The notes under the pieces: model-generated
Database searches by the model: none
Told to the model about the DNA's origin: nothing
What the model saw: only the letters and a program-made list of their open reading frames with translations
Assembly: GCA_002269645.1 (NCBI GenBank)
Contig: NIVC01001147.1
Location: 1-64,000, forward strand
DNA from: Macrostomum lignano
Lineage: Eukaryota
Direction of reading: 5' to 3'
Length of the DNA: 64,000 nucleotides
In this document: positions 22,665-35,540 of the stretch, piece after piece
How positions within the stretch are numbered: the first letter of the stretch is position 1
How the letters are laid out: every line of letters starts with the position of its first letter
Position numbers and translations under genes: made by a program

Positions 22665-25600
22665 TCATTTCAGGTCGACAGCGTCGGCCTCGCCGCCGGC
22701 TTGTCCAGCCTCCTCGGCTCCGGGGACGGCCTCGCCGCCGCTGAACCTGGAGGCCGCCTTGGACTGAAGTCCGGTGAAGAAGCCCGACATGGCGCTGCGA
22801 GCGTTGAAGATGGCGCCGCCTGGTTTTTAATAGCGGGAAGGAGAGACGGTTGAAGCGTTGGCAGTTGGCAGTAATATTGTTAAACTTAGCGGATTCAGCG
22901 CCTCACAGCCACACTCAGAGTCATTCAAGACGCACTCAGCATCATCTAAGACGCACTCAGCGTCATTGAAACACACTCAGCGTCATCGAAACACTCAGTG
23001 TCATTTAAGACGCACTCAGCATCATTTCAGATACACTCAGCATCATTTAAGACGCACTCAGTGTCATTGAAACACACTCAGCGTCATTTAAGACACGCTC
23101 AGCGTCATTGAAACACACTCAGCGTCATTGAAACACGCTCCGCGTCATTGAAACACACTCAGCGTCATTTAAGCCACACTCAACGTCTGTAAGACACTCA
23201 GGGCCCTTAGGACACACTCGGAGCCTTAGGACACACTCAGGGGCCTTAGAACACACTCAGGGGCCTTAGGACACACTCAGGGCCCTTAAGACACACTCAA
23301 GGGCCTTAGGACACACTCAGGGGCCTTAGGACACACTCAGGGGCCTTAGAACACACTCAGGGGCCTTAGGACACACTCAGGGGCCTTAGGACCCAATCAG
23401 AGACCTTTGAGACAAATTCAGCATTGCACACACACATTAACAAATTCCGCACGCTTAGCCACCAAGAAGACTGGCGATAACCCACCGAAAGCCTTCCCGG
23501 TGTCCTCGATCACGCGGCCAGTGGACTGCACAGCGTTAGTCACTTTGCGGCCCTGCTCCGTGCCGGTCAGCAGCTGGTTGAACTTCATCCCGATGGCCGA
23601 CTGGCCGTGGCAGGGGTGCTGGGGATTCTCCATGCTGGCCAGGCCGCGGTGGTCGTGGGCCGACCAGACCTTGAAATGGTAGGTCTTCTGCAGAGCCCGG
23701 ATGAACGAGGCGTTGAAGTCCTGCCAGTCCTCCGACTCGCCACTCTTGGCGGCCAGCAGTGCCGACAGCAGGTACATGCGGAACTGGGAGCGCAGCCAGT
23801 CGTCCGAGCCCTCGGAATCTGCGGAGATGTTGAGGGTTAGGGTTAGCAAGACCCATTGGTTTGCGTTTGAATTGGAAGGTAGTGGATTTTATAGATTTAA
23901 AAAACTAAAAAACTGAAAATATACTATTTGGGTAGTTGAGGACGCTTTGATGGGTGACGGGTCAGGTTTTGATTAGTGCTGGATGGGATTTGATGGCTGA
24001 GGGATGGGGTTTTGATGGCTGAGGGATGGGGTTTTGATGGCTGAGGGATGGGGTTTTGATGGCTGAGGGATGGGTTTTGATGGCTGAGGGATGGGGTTTT
24101 TATGGCTGAGGGATGGGGTTTTGATGGCTGAGGGATGGGGTTTTGATGGCTGATGGATGGGGTTTTGATGGCTGAGGGATGGGGTTTTGATGGCTGAGGG
24201 ATGGGGTTTTGATGGCTGAGGGATGGGGTTTTGATGGCTGAGGGATGGGGTTTTTATGGCTGAGGGATGGGGTTTTGATGGCTGAGGGATGGGGTTTTGA
24301 TGGCTGAGGGATGGGGTTTTGATTGGTGCAGGATGGGGGTTTTGATGGGTGGGGATGGGTGAGGGATGGGGTTTTGATGGCTGAGGGATGGGGATTTGAT
24401 GGGTGATGGCATTAATCGGATGCTTCATGCGGATATTTGAGTCAAATGTCTGCAATTCAAAAATCGCGTAAATAAACTTGCGCAGAAGTCGGCATGCCAT
24501 TTTAACGCTGGGATCGAGGATTAACAATTATATCATTATTGTAACCAGCCTAACCTTAGATGAATTTTTCAGTTGTGAAAGGTTTAACTGGTAAAAAAAT
24601 CAATTAAAATATCCGCACAGCAGGCTATGACCGATTGATTATTGTGCATGAATTGTATAACTGCGCCTGTCCAATGCAGGTACGCAATCCAGGTGAGATT
24701 GGCAGGGAACTTCTTCGAGATTTGGAAATTACAACTCGCCCTCCTTTCCAAAGAGTTGAAAAATCCTCAACAACACATTGGATCTCATGGGGAATTGAAT
24801 TTCCAGAGCTACTGAGATGTGCAGAGCTGCTTTGAGGTCGCGGATAGCTTTGAAGCAAGAGAGACAAGACAGGAATAGAAAAATCAGAGATAAGAGAGGC
24901 TGGGAGAGAGAAATCAGAGATAAGAGAGGCTGGGAGAGAGAAATCAGAGATAAGAGAGGCTGGGAGAGAGAAATCAGATATAAGAGAGGCTGGGAGAGAG
25001 AAATCAGAGATAAGAGAGGGGCTGAAAGAGAGAAATCAGAGATAAGAGAGGGGCTGAGAGAGAGAGAGAGAGAGAGAAATCAGAGATAAGAGAGGGGCTG
25101 AGAGAGAGAGAGAGAGAAATCAGAAGTTAATGTCGAAATTTGCTTCGTTGATATAAAAAATGTTTTTTGCGCTACTGTCAGTAGCTGAAATAAAGCAAAA
25201 CCGATAACTACACGGTCCAAATCAACTGTTGATAGAGACGGCAGGCCTGTAGAGGGGACGGCAGTGCAATCCGATAATCTGGTGTCTCCTGCCGCGGGAC
25301 TGAATTAAAAATCTATTAATCTTCTCGACTGAGATCGGGTCTAAGAACGGGAAAAGAGAGGGAGAGCGGATGAGAATCGGATCGGACGGGCCTGGGATAT
25401 GAGAAGATAGGTAAGGAGCCTCGATAAACCCCATAGGATTGATAAAAAAGTAGAAAACAAATGGTCCAGCAAGAATTTCCTGCTTCCTGCTTTCTAAGAT
25501 TAAGATTAATTTGATGGGGTTCATTCTGAGAGACGACACCCTTGCTCTCTGAGGAGGGGAAGGAGAGAGAGAGGGGTGAGATAAGAGTGAGGGGAAGGAG

Positions 25601-28492
25601 AGGGTAAGATAAGAGTGAGTGGAAGGAGAGGGTAAGATAAGAGTGAGTGGAAGGAGAGGGTGAGATAAGAGTGAGTGGAAGGAGAGGGTAAGATAAGAGT
25701 GAGGGGAAGGAGAGGGTGAGATAAGAGTGAGGGGAAGGAGAGGGTAAGATAAGAGTGAGTGGAAGGAGAGGGTAAGATAAGAGTGAGTGGAAGGAGAGGG
25801 TGAGATAAGAGTGAGTGGAAGGAGAGGGTGAGATAAGAGTGAGTGGAAGGAGAGGGTAAGATAAGAGTGAGTGGAAGGAGAGGGTGAGATAAGAGTGAGT
25901 GGAAGGAGAGGGTGAGATAAGAGTGAGTGGAAGGAGAGGGTGAGATAAGAGTGAAGGAAAGGATAGAGGGTGAGATAAGAATGAGTGGAAGGAGAGGGTG
26001 AGATAAGAGTGAGTGGAATGATAGCAAGGGAAAGATAGAGAGGTGAGATAAGAGGGAGAGGAATGATAGAGAGGTGAGATAAGAGTGAAGGGAAGGAGAG
26101 GGTGAGATAAGAGAAAGCTAAAAAAGAGAAGAACTGAAATGTAACTGAAAGCATGAACCAGGCCGGGTACAATAGAAGAGCAGACATGAGTGACCACGGA
26201 TTCGTATAAACAGGCAGCGAGTAAGCAATGATTTCTTTGGCCGGCCCCTTGCCCCAGTCAGACTGGAGGGTGGACCGCCGCTGTGTCCTCCCTCACTAGC
26301 TTGGCTACTTAGTTTTTCTCCTATAGGAAAAGGCGAGAAGCGTGGGAGATGCTGATGCGGGAGGGAGAGAAGGGGAAGTGGATAGGGGGGAGTTGAGTGG
26401 GAAGTGAGGTTGAGGAGAGAGAACACGCTCCAGACGAGCAGAGTGAGAGAAGGGGGGCTACTGTATGCTCCTATATGAGGGCTGGTGGGATAGAGGAGAA
26501 ACTAGAGGAAGATTTGAGCGGGGGAAAGGGGAAGAAAAAGGGGTCGGCTAGGATCGGGGGGAGGCACAGCGGCATCCAGAGCCTATTGATTGATTGAAGC
26601 TCTATGGAGTAGCTGCCGCGGGCTCGTATCTGCGCACATATCGGCAAGGTAAAATGCGAGGGCAGCTCCGAGCTAGCAGAGAGGAGAGAGGGGGCGGAAC
26701 AGCGAGGGGGAGAGGGGGAAAGTGTGAGGAGCGGCGAGGAACTAGGGAGGGGAAGCTCAGCAGCCTCTGGTCCGTGAAGCTTTCTTCCTAAGTCGGCTCT
26801 TGGATTGAGTCCTTCTCCCTCACTCCGGCCCTCCCCTAAGACTGCTGAGGGTTGACTAGTAGTCACAGAAGCAGCTGTGTAGTGGTCAGAATGTGTGCGT
26901 GCTTATGCCACCACCAGGGTGTGTCAGGAATCGGAGATGGAACTTGAAATGGTGAAGAAATTTGCGTAGCTAAGGACGGTGCGCTCGGAGAGAAAGTGTG
27001 AGTGAACCATGATGTAAGTGGGAGAGTGAGAGAGTAAGTGAGAGACAGAGAGAGAGAAAGAATGAGAGAGAGGGAGAGAGAGGAGGGCACCTCCAATCTC
27101 AGGCACCCCCTCGGTAAAAAGGACTGATAAAAGTCAGTTTAGTTAAATTTTCTGATGTTTCGAATATTTTACGAAGTAAATTCTTCGTCAGGGCAGAGTA
27201 GAGTAGAGAGAGTGCAGAGAGAGAGTGAGAAAGAGGGAGTGAGAGAGAGAAAGAGAGAGAGAGAGAGCTCCTTTCTCTCTCTGTTACTTGAGACAGTCGC
27301 GATAGCGCCAAGGCGAGCGCATCAGATTAAGGAGAGCCCTAACCCCCACTATGATGAGGAGAAATAAGACCTGACAGAGGAAGTGTAGGCAAAATAAGAG
27401 TATAAGAGAGGAGAGGGCGGCAGGCCCTGTGCAGATCGAGGTCGAAGAGAAAAGCGGCCAAAGGAGCCCCGCATTGGGTTTGGCTAGAGGAGAGAAGAGA
27501 GAAGAGCTCGCACTCCCTGGCTCCCGGCTCTGGGAGAGACAGCGACGGAATAGTTGGGAAATTCTGGCCAATATTTTTACTCCTTCCTATACCCTCCCTC
27601 GGACTCGAATCCCAAAACTGGGACTCGGGGGCTGGTTGGTTACTGGCTGAGTGGGGAACACGGGCAAGCGAATGTCTGTTGGAACCACTAAAAAGCAGCG
27701 CAGCAGCAGAGGCGCTGGCTCTGGTCCATCGCTTTGATATAGAAGCCCAATATATTCTCGGGGTAGAGAAATTTTCTTATTTTTCTGATTAAATCTCCGA
27801 GTTGCTGCAAGGGAGCGAGCCGGCGGCAGGAAAGGGGGAGGGGAGAGGGTATATTGGGAATGAGCTTGGTTGGAAGCGGCAAGCTGGTAGGCAGGCAAGA
27901 GCGGAGTCGAGAGTTATAGACAAAAAATTCGATCGGCGAGCCTGAGGGCGAAGGGGGGCGCAGCTGCTGTTGGTGGTAGGCGTTAGCAACTGTCTTGAGG
28001 CGCTGTGGGATTTAGTTCTGTGTATTTCTATCTGCCCGCCTGCCTCTCTGCCCTCCCCCCTCCGTCTGTGTGGTCGAGTCCAGGCCAGACCGCGAACGGG
28101 ATGAAAAGGAGCTGAGAAGTGTGCACTGATCGAATAAGGGGATCTGAGCGAGCCCCCCCCCCCCTCCAAACCCATGAAGTTCTAGATCTCCTACTCTCAC
28201 ATCTCCAGATACTCGTAGATCTAGAACTCCATAACTTGACCTATAGCGGTCTCAATTCACATATCCAATACTCTGGATCGCCATGGCTTGACAGTTTGTG
28301 TTCCTATCTAGATTCTGTGCTTCTGTGTATTGACCAGGCAGTAGTCTCTCTCCGATCCTTGGCAATCCTTGGCTGACGCTGCAGGCACCCTACCGGCGGG
28401 GATAGGCGCGCACTCGGCATTGCGTCGACTGCCTGCTGTATTTTGTTGTTGCTGTTGTTGTTGTTGCTGTTGTTGCTGTTGTTGTTGTTGTT

Positions 28493-28540
<48 letters not shown>

Positions 28541-31500
28541 ATTGTTTTTGTTGTTGCTGTTATTGTTGTTGTTGTTGTTATTGTTGCTGATATTGTTATA
28601 GAAGGCCGTGTCTGATTAATGTTGCGTTGAACGCTTAGATTCGTGATCCCGAGGATCCCGAGACCTCGAATCACGAGCTCAAATTCGTGATTCGTGAACT
28701 GGGGTTCATCTATCACTGTCTGGGCTGCTAGCTTCCCTAGAAGCAGAACTTTGGGCGGATCTGGTCCGCAAGAGAAAAAGATAAATAGATTTTGCTAGTC
28801 TAGTTTGGGACGTTTAGTAAATATCGAACATCGAATTAAAAAAATTATTCGTGATGCATCGTTTATAATCTATTCCAATTTTGGGTAAGTTCGCCACTTC
28901 TAAATTCTTCCAATGACTGCTCCCAGTGAGCAGGAAAAGAGTTGTGAAAAATTTTGTACCAACAATCTCGTATTACATAGCAAATGCCTATTTTTAGAGA
29001 TAAATTGATTTGTAATTAGAAATCGAATTTTTTAATCTTGTAGTAAAAAGTGAGGCGGTGCACACGGGCTTGAGCCGGTGCATGTCTGTGTCGGCAAGGC
29101 TAATCCATAGGGAAGGTACCGGGCATGCAGAGGCTGAGAGAGAGAGAGAGCTGAGCAGGAGAGAGGATGGGAGAGATGAGGCGTGGGAAGGTGGGTAGCC
29201 CGGGACAGCGCATGCGTGTCTCAGGGCGGTGACAGGGAGAACAGGGCTGGTGGAGAGTAACGAGAGAGAGAGAGAGGAGGAGAGAGACCTGGTGAAGTTG
29301 GTCTGCTTAGGCGGCAGGAGAAGGAATCCAGTGCAGGCAAGAGGGGAGAAATTGAGTCAACGACTAAGGCTCGCCGAGGGCAGGGCAAGGGGAGGCCGCC
29401 CAGATGAAGAATGTACTCTTGCACAGAGGATCCCGACCGATTCTCTCCCCCCCACCCCTCAAACTCTTCTCCCCATCGCTCTCTCCTCGCTAACTTCCCC
29501 TCTCTAGAGGCCTCCGCTCAGGCCCAGCAGCCCTTCAACCAAGACGGCTTGTCCGCAGTGTCTGCAGTTTGGCCGGGGCCGCTCGAGAAGAACTGAGAGA
29601 GAACCCCGGCTGAAGGGAAAGCCGGGTAGAAGTTGAATAGAGAAGCACCCCCCCCCCCCCCGGCACAGGTTTTGATAGACGGCCGAAAGCACTGCAGAAC
29701 CGGACGCAAAATTCACAACAATGAGGTTTCTTTTTGTTAAAAAGAGGAAAAATCGTCAACGAAAACCGCTGCCGCGCAGTATGCTAATATAAAATTGAAA
29801 TTAATTGTCTTTTCTAGATGAGAAAGACGCTTCAAACTAATAAATATTCGTTGAGTGCATGTATGGCTATATGACTCAAAGGGAGGGGGTTCGTGCCAGC
29901 GTGCAATCATGCATAAACGATAAAAATGCTTGAATTGAATGCGCAACGTCCGCCCATTCAAGACGGAATGATATTAAGAAAAATAAGGAATTAGTTAGTT
30001 ACGAGTGTCACATCATGTCATGTACTGACGTGTCATGCTTCCAGCGCCAAGGTAAGGCGCTATGCCATCCAGCTCCATATCTGCCTCCTTTGTCACACTC
30101 TCCTCTGCCCCATCTCTGCCCCCTGTCACTTTATCCTCTGCCCCATCTCTGCCCCCTCTGTCACTCTCTCCTCTGCCCAATCTCTGCCCCCCTGTCACTT
30201 TATCCTCTGCCCCATCTCTGCCCCCTCTGTCACTCTCTCCTCTGCCCCATCTCTGCCCCCTCTGTCACTCTCTCCTCTGCCCCATCTCTGCCCCCTCTGT
30301 CACACTCTCCTCTGCCCCATCTCTGCCCCCTCTGTCACACTCTCCTCTGCTCCATCTCTGCCCCCCCTCTGTCACTCTCTCCTCTGCCCCATCTCTGCCC
30401 CCTCTGTCACTCTCTCCTCTGCTCCATCTCTGCCCCCTCTGTCACGCTCTCCTCTGCTTCATCTCTGCCCCCTCTGTCACTCTCTCCTCTGCCCCATCTC
30501 TGCCCCCTCTGTCACACTCTCCTCTGCTCCATCTCTGCCCCCCCTCTGTCACGCTCTCCTCTGCTCCATCTCTGCCCCCCCTCTGTCACTCTCTCCTCTG
30601 CCCCATCTCTGCCCCCTCTGTCACTCTCTCCTCTGCTCCATCTCTGCCCCCCTCTGTCACTCTCTCCTCTGCCCCATCTCTGCCCCCTCTGTCACTCTCT
30701 CCTCTGCTCCATCTCTGCCCCCTCTGTCACACTCTCCTCTGCTCCATCTCTGCCCCCCCTCTGTCACTCTCTCCTCTGCCCCATCTCTGCCCCCTCTGTC
30801 ACTCTCTCCTCTGCCCCATCTCTGCCCCCTCTGTCACACTCTCCTCTGCTCCATCTCTGCCCCCCTCTGTCACACTCTCCTCTGCTCCATCTCTGCCCCC
30901 TCTGTCACGCTCTCCTCTGCTCCATCTCTGCCCCCCCCTCTGTCACTCTCTCCTCTGCCCCATCTCTGCCCCCTGTCACTTTATCCTCTGCTCCATCTCT
31001 GCCCCCTCTGTCACACTCTCCTCTGCTCCATCTCTGCCCCCTCTGTCACACTCTCCTCTGCTCTATCTCTGACCCCTCTGTCACGCCCTCCTCTGCTCCA
31101 TCTCTGCCCCCTCTGTCACTTCATCCTCTGCTTCATCTCTGCCCGCTCTGTCACACCTATTTATTATTTCCCCTCTCTGTATTTTCCCTCACCCTCCTTC
31201 TCATAAGTCCCCTCTTTCTTTTCTTCTTTTGTTTTTCAATCCTTTTTTCATGTGTCCATCAGACCGCCACTTCATCTCAACAATCAATGCCAAGAATTCA
31301 GACCTCGCTGCGGAGCGGGCCTTTCCCAATTATTAACAATCAACAGTGCATCCAAACTAAAACAGGTGAATGCATAATCAATGCATGAATATAATATAGA
31401 CGAATAATAGAGAGGAGTGCCAAAACAATTGATAGAATAAACTGAGGGCACCGCACCGCCACCCGACGGCATCGGTGGAACAGCGGCGGCCGATACTCCA

Positions 31501-34500
31501 GTTGAGTCGGCAGCGGCATCGCCTAGAGGTGTTGATTTTGTCGCATTTATTCATCCACAGTTCTCTTTTTTTTGCTTTGATGCTTTTTCAGAGCGTCAAA
31601 ACAAAAATAGTTTCATGGTGGAAACCTGAAGGTACTTAAATGCTCAGTTTACACACAGGAGACAGTCAATACAGCTGGAGTATCTTTACAAATTGCTGAA
31701 TAATTTTTAAACAATACATCCGATTTGTAAAATTGAGGATGCATTTTAAAGCTGAATAAATTCTCTTCAAGTCACTGAAATATCAACGAGTTTAAAGCTG
31801 AAATCATTCTTTTTTACAATGCAGAAAATATTAGAAAGTTGAAAAAACTGATAACTTGCAAAACGAACTTCGAAAAGTTGAAATGCAATTAAGTGTTCTG
31901 TTATTTGCCAAGTCTAGTCATGTTTGGTCTCATTTTGAAAATGAAAAGCTCAACTTTTTAAAAACTTTTCAACAATTTATAGATGTGCTATCTATGGAAT
32001 GGAATTAGTTTTTGACCATCTTCTGTGTGTAAACTGGTACGTGTAAGATGCTATTCGGGTCTGCTTCCAGTTTAGATAGTCCAGAGTGTCTGAAAGCACT
32101 TGAAGCTGCATGGCCACCGCCTCATCATTTTGGAGCTGTTTTGTTATCCCATCGGGGAGAACTGAGTATCCAAGCGGTCATCCCATTAATGCACGGACGC
32201 GAGTCTGTATATTTCAGGGCGTCGGGAGCAGTGCGAAGGAAAATGGAGAATTTCCCAGACGTTTATATTGTTATGGAGCGGAAGTAATCCCAGGAGAGAT
32301 TGCTTCCACCCAACCCCTATTGCTAGATCCGACGGACAACCGAGCAGTTCCCGATAACAAAGGATCCATCGCTCATAAATTATTCAGTTTAGATGAATTT
32401 AACGTTCGCAGGCTAACAGACGGGAGCTGAAGGGCGGCACTATCCGTCTGTTCTGTCCCTCTGCATCCAATCGACTGCCGCATAAATTAAATAGGCAGCA
32501 CTCACTATATGATCTTGGTACTGTATGTATTTGCATTAGGTTATTGATTACTGCCTTGCATCGACGCAGCTCTGAAGCAGATGGACTCTACACTCCAGCA
32601 TCGTGCAAATCTCACTTTCGCATTAGCTGGATAGTAAATTTATATAGTGTGTTTTTCCGCGGTTTGTTAACAAATTTACCGAACTACTTTTTTGCTTGAA
32701 ATGCTTCTGGAGATCAGTTTCAATCTCTTTTTTGGTCTTTTTCTAGTCAGATTTTTTGCGACCGATATTTGTCTATGATGAAGACGCATTTAGCGCCATG
32801 CAAAAAGGCAAACACAACTGATCTTTGTGCTACTTTTTGCCGGGCTGCAGTGAAAATTTGCACGATGTTCGAGAGTACGGTCTACAGGCTTTACGGTCAA
32901 ATCCATTAAGGTTCAAGCGATATGGGTTGCCGGTAAATTATAAGAAGCACTAGACAATCAGCAGACACAAACAGGGCAGTGCTTTCAACAAGACAAGGTT
33001 GGGACACACGCTATGGACAATGTACTTTACCGCTTAAGCTGCTCAGCGATGTGTATGTGTACGAGTACACTACAGCCAATAAAATACATTTAGGCATTAG
33101 AATACACGGCAAGCGAATAATTGTTAGAAAGCCGGTGCGTGAACAATAAGGAATACCATTGACTGACTCACCGTGAGCGGCTCCATCATTTCCGCTGGGG
33201 ATTATCTTATTAATCAGCAGCTGCATGAAGACCTCGTCGGCTCCGGTTAGCTTAAGCTGTTTAGCCAAAGCTCTCTCCTGCAGGGTGAAGTCGCCCTGAT
33301 CCGAACCAATCAGAGCGTCCACTTTCTGCCTGTTGTCCTTGAACACCGAGTTGTTGGCGCCGATCAGGCAGGCGCGAACGTTCGGATCGTCCAGAATGTC
33401 GATCTGCTGCAGGGCCGTGTAGGGCAGAAACAAGGCGGATTCGGCGAACAGCGGCAGCGGAAATCCATAGTCATCGGTGATGAACGGACTCTGCAGATCG
33501 TCCGTGGGCATCTCCCCGGCGCCCGGGCCGCCAGCCTGCGGGCCAACTTTGGCTAGGAAATTGGTCTTCACGCTGGAGAATAGGCTGCTGGCGCCGCTAA
33601 GCGCCTCCTGTAGTTTGGCGCCGGCGCCGCCAGCCGCACCAGCCATAGCGTTGGCTTCGTCGGCCTGGGAGTCTTCGGCACCAGCGGCCTGCTCGCCCTG
33701 TCCCGGCTGCTGCTGCCGCTGGCCCTGGCCGCCCTGACTCTGCTGCTGCTGCTGGCCAAGTAGATCGCTGCAATCGTCTACTGAGGCATCCGAGTCAGCG
33801 TCCTTCTCCACGCTGACGAAGTCAGTCCCAGCCAGGTTCCTGGAAGAATAGGTCAGACAGGGGGGTCAGTCTAGAGTGAATCATTACGGATGCTGCTTCG
33901 CTCCAGTAAAGTATTTTTATAGTCTCTCATATATGGTTAGTTCAATGAAAAAAAGACGACTTTGAAGAAGTAGCACTCACTTCACATTGTACTTGCTGTT
34001 GATAATGCTGGCACAGCGGTCGAGTCCATCCTCCAGGATGTTGGGAAACATGGACACCAGAGTCACCAGCGTGTTGGTCAGATCAGAGGCCGGGTTCATG
34101 AAGAACATCACTCTGCGCTCTAGCATGAGCAGCTTAAATAGTACCAGCAGCTTCTGCCTGTAGCGCAGCAGCAAATCCTTTACGGAGAGGCCCATGTACA
34201 TCTGGCCCATCACCGAGCCCTTGCTGAAGGAGCGGCGAAGGTCGCTGAACGTCTCCTGCAGCACGTCGATGCGGCTGAAGTCGCGCATCTCAAAGTAGGA
34301 CTGGGCAGCCTGGCTTAGACGCTCGCGGATGGCGCCGAATATGGGCACCTTGCTCACCACAACCACGGCCTTCTGCACCGAGCTGCGAGTCACGTCGTCA
34401 GTCTTTGCGACCAGCTGCTGCTTCGAGTTGGTCGCGAGGGGAAGGGGGGTTCTCGAATTAGAGGATAGGGGAGACGACAGACTAATAGACTAGTTTTTAG

Positions 34501-35540
34501 TCTCTATTTCTGTAGACTCACCGACGAGTCAATCTGTCGGTAGCAGGACACGCAGAAGACGGAGCGCTCTTTCTTGATAAGCGACGGCAGGACAAAGTAG
34601 ACATTGTCTGCCATTTTTCGGAGTAAGAAAGAGACGAGAGTTTATTACTTTAAGGATACTGATTAACACAAGTTTATACTAACTTGGAATATGGTCAGCA
34701 ACGTGCATCAGCTCACCCTCCTCATAGTTGTGCGCTCCGTCTGGCAAAGCCAGCCCGGGCAGATTTTTCCATTCGTCTGGCAGGTAGCCAGAGTCGGGGC
34801 GTTGACCCGGAGCCAAAGCTGGGAAGCAGAACTCCAGCTAAGAGGTTATGGAGTGATATGTTAGACGGCATGAATGATTTATTTACATGTGTTCAGCTAC
34901 TGTCATACTCTATGATAATAATTTCAAAACTGAATAGCATCAATGCGAATCGAAGAATTTTCAAAATTTCAATGAATTGGTATTAATTTAGTAAAACGAA
35001 TGAATGGAAAGATACTGTCGTTTTTTACTTACTTATATTTAAGAATTATTATATTAAATTTTATAGTAATAAGAGATCAAGTTATTCATTGTTAACTTCC
35101 AGACTTTTAAGGAAATAAATTTAGTGTTCTATAGAGCTTTTCTAACGATGTACTGAAATAAATATTTTGTGCTTATCACAAAACAAGAAATACACAGCTT
35201 TAATATTAAGAATACATAACCTGCATTTATAACCTGATATTAAAAGATGCATTTAATTATTATCTGACTTATCTGACTAACAAGTATTTAAGCCCATAAA
35301 GTAGCATATCTCTGTAATTCCATCATATAGTATAGAGAATTAAATTAAACAATATTTTATTTCTTGGACTGACAAAATATTAACAACTAATTCGGTAAGC
35401 AAATTAAACTCTAGCAAATTTATATTTGTAATCGACAGAATTAGTATATTTTTCATTACCTGCGATCCATGCTTGTGATGGAAGCCAATAGTTAAAATAT
35501 GCAGGATAAAACCTGCATCTTCACCGCTTGGGCTAGCCAT
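22665..35540 (-). CDS. AVL9: Late secretory pathway protein AVL9 homolog (DENN-related), 7 exons, 626 aa
   Basis: Exons (minus) 35460-35540, 34717-34837, 34522-34607, 33981-34417, 33172-33839, 23486-23818, 22665-22819. All GT-AG with matching phases; 1881 nt. Motifs match AVL9: LHILTIGFHHKHGSQ, LPDEWKNLPGLALPDGAHNYEED, CYRQID, VTRSSVQKAVVV, FKLLMLERRVMFF, YGFPLPLF..LPYTALQQ, EGSDDWLRSQF. Confidence 0.96.
22900..23400. repeat. Two adjacent ~20-bp minisatellites in the last AVL9 intron
   Basis: ACACACTCAGCGTCATT-type units, then GACACACTCAGGGGCCTTAG-type units; both share the ACACTCAG core. Confidence 0.92.
23990..24395. repeat. 22-bp minisatellite in AVL9 intron 5
   Basis: GATGGCTGAGGGATGGGGTTTT units. 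Confidence 0.96.
24870..25125. repeat. 30-bp GA-rich tandem repeat
   Basis: TGGGAGAGAGAAATCAGAGATAAGAGAGGC units decaying into (GA)n. Confidence 0.92.
25560..26112. repeat. 28-bp purine-rich minisatellite
   Basis: GAGTGAGTGGAAGGAGAGGGTGAGATAA units. Confidence 0.95.
28440..28590. repeat. (TTG)n microsatellite
   Basis: Direct inspection; the source of the poly-C and poly-T peptides in the ORF track. Confidence 0.97.
30090..31155. repeat. ~35-bp CT-rich minisatellite in AVL9 intron 5
   Basis: CCTCTGTCACTCTCTCCTCTGCCCCATCTCTGCCC units with C-run length variation. Confidence 0.96.

Noticed and set aside
23834-23846. GGGTTAGGGTTAG telomere-like motif
   Set aside because: Only two units; on the AVL9 sense strand this is the CTAAC branch-point/pyrimidine region of the acceptor.
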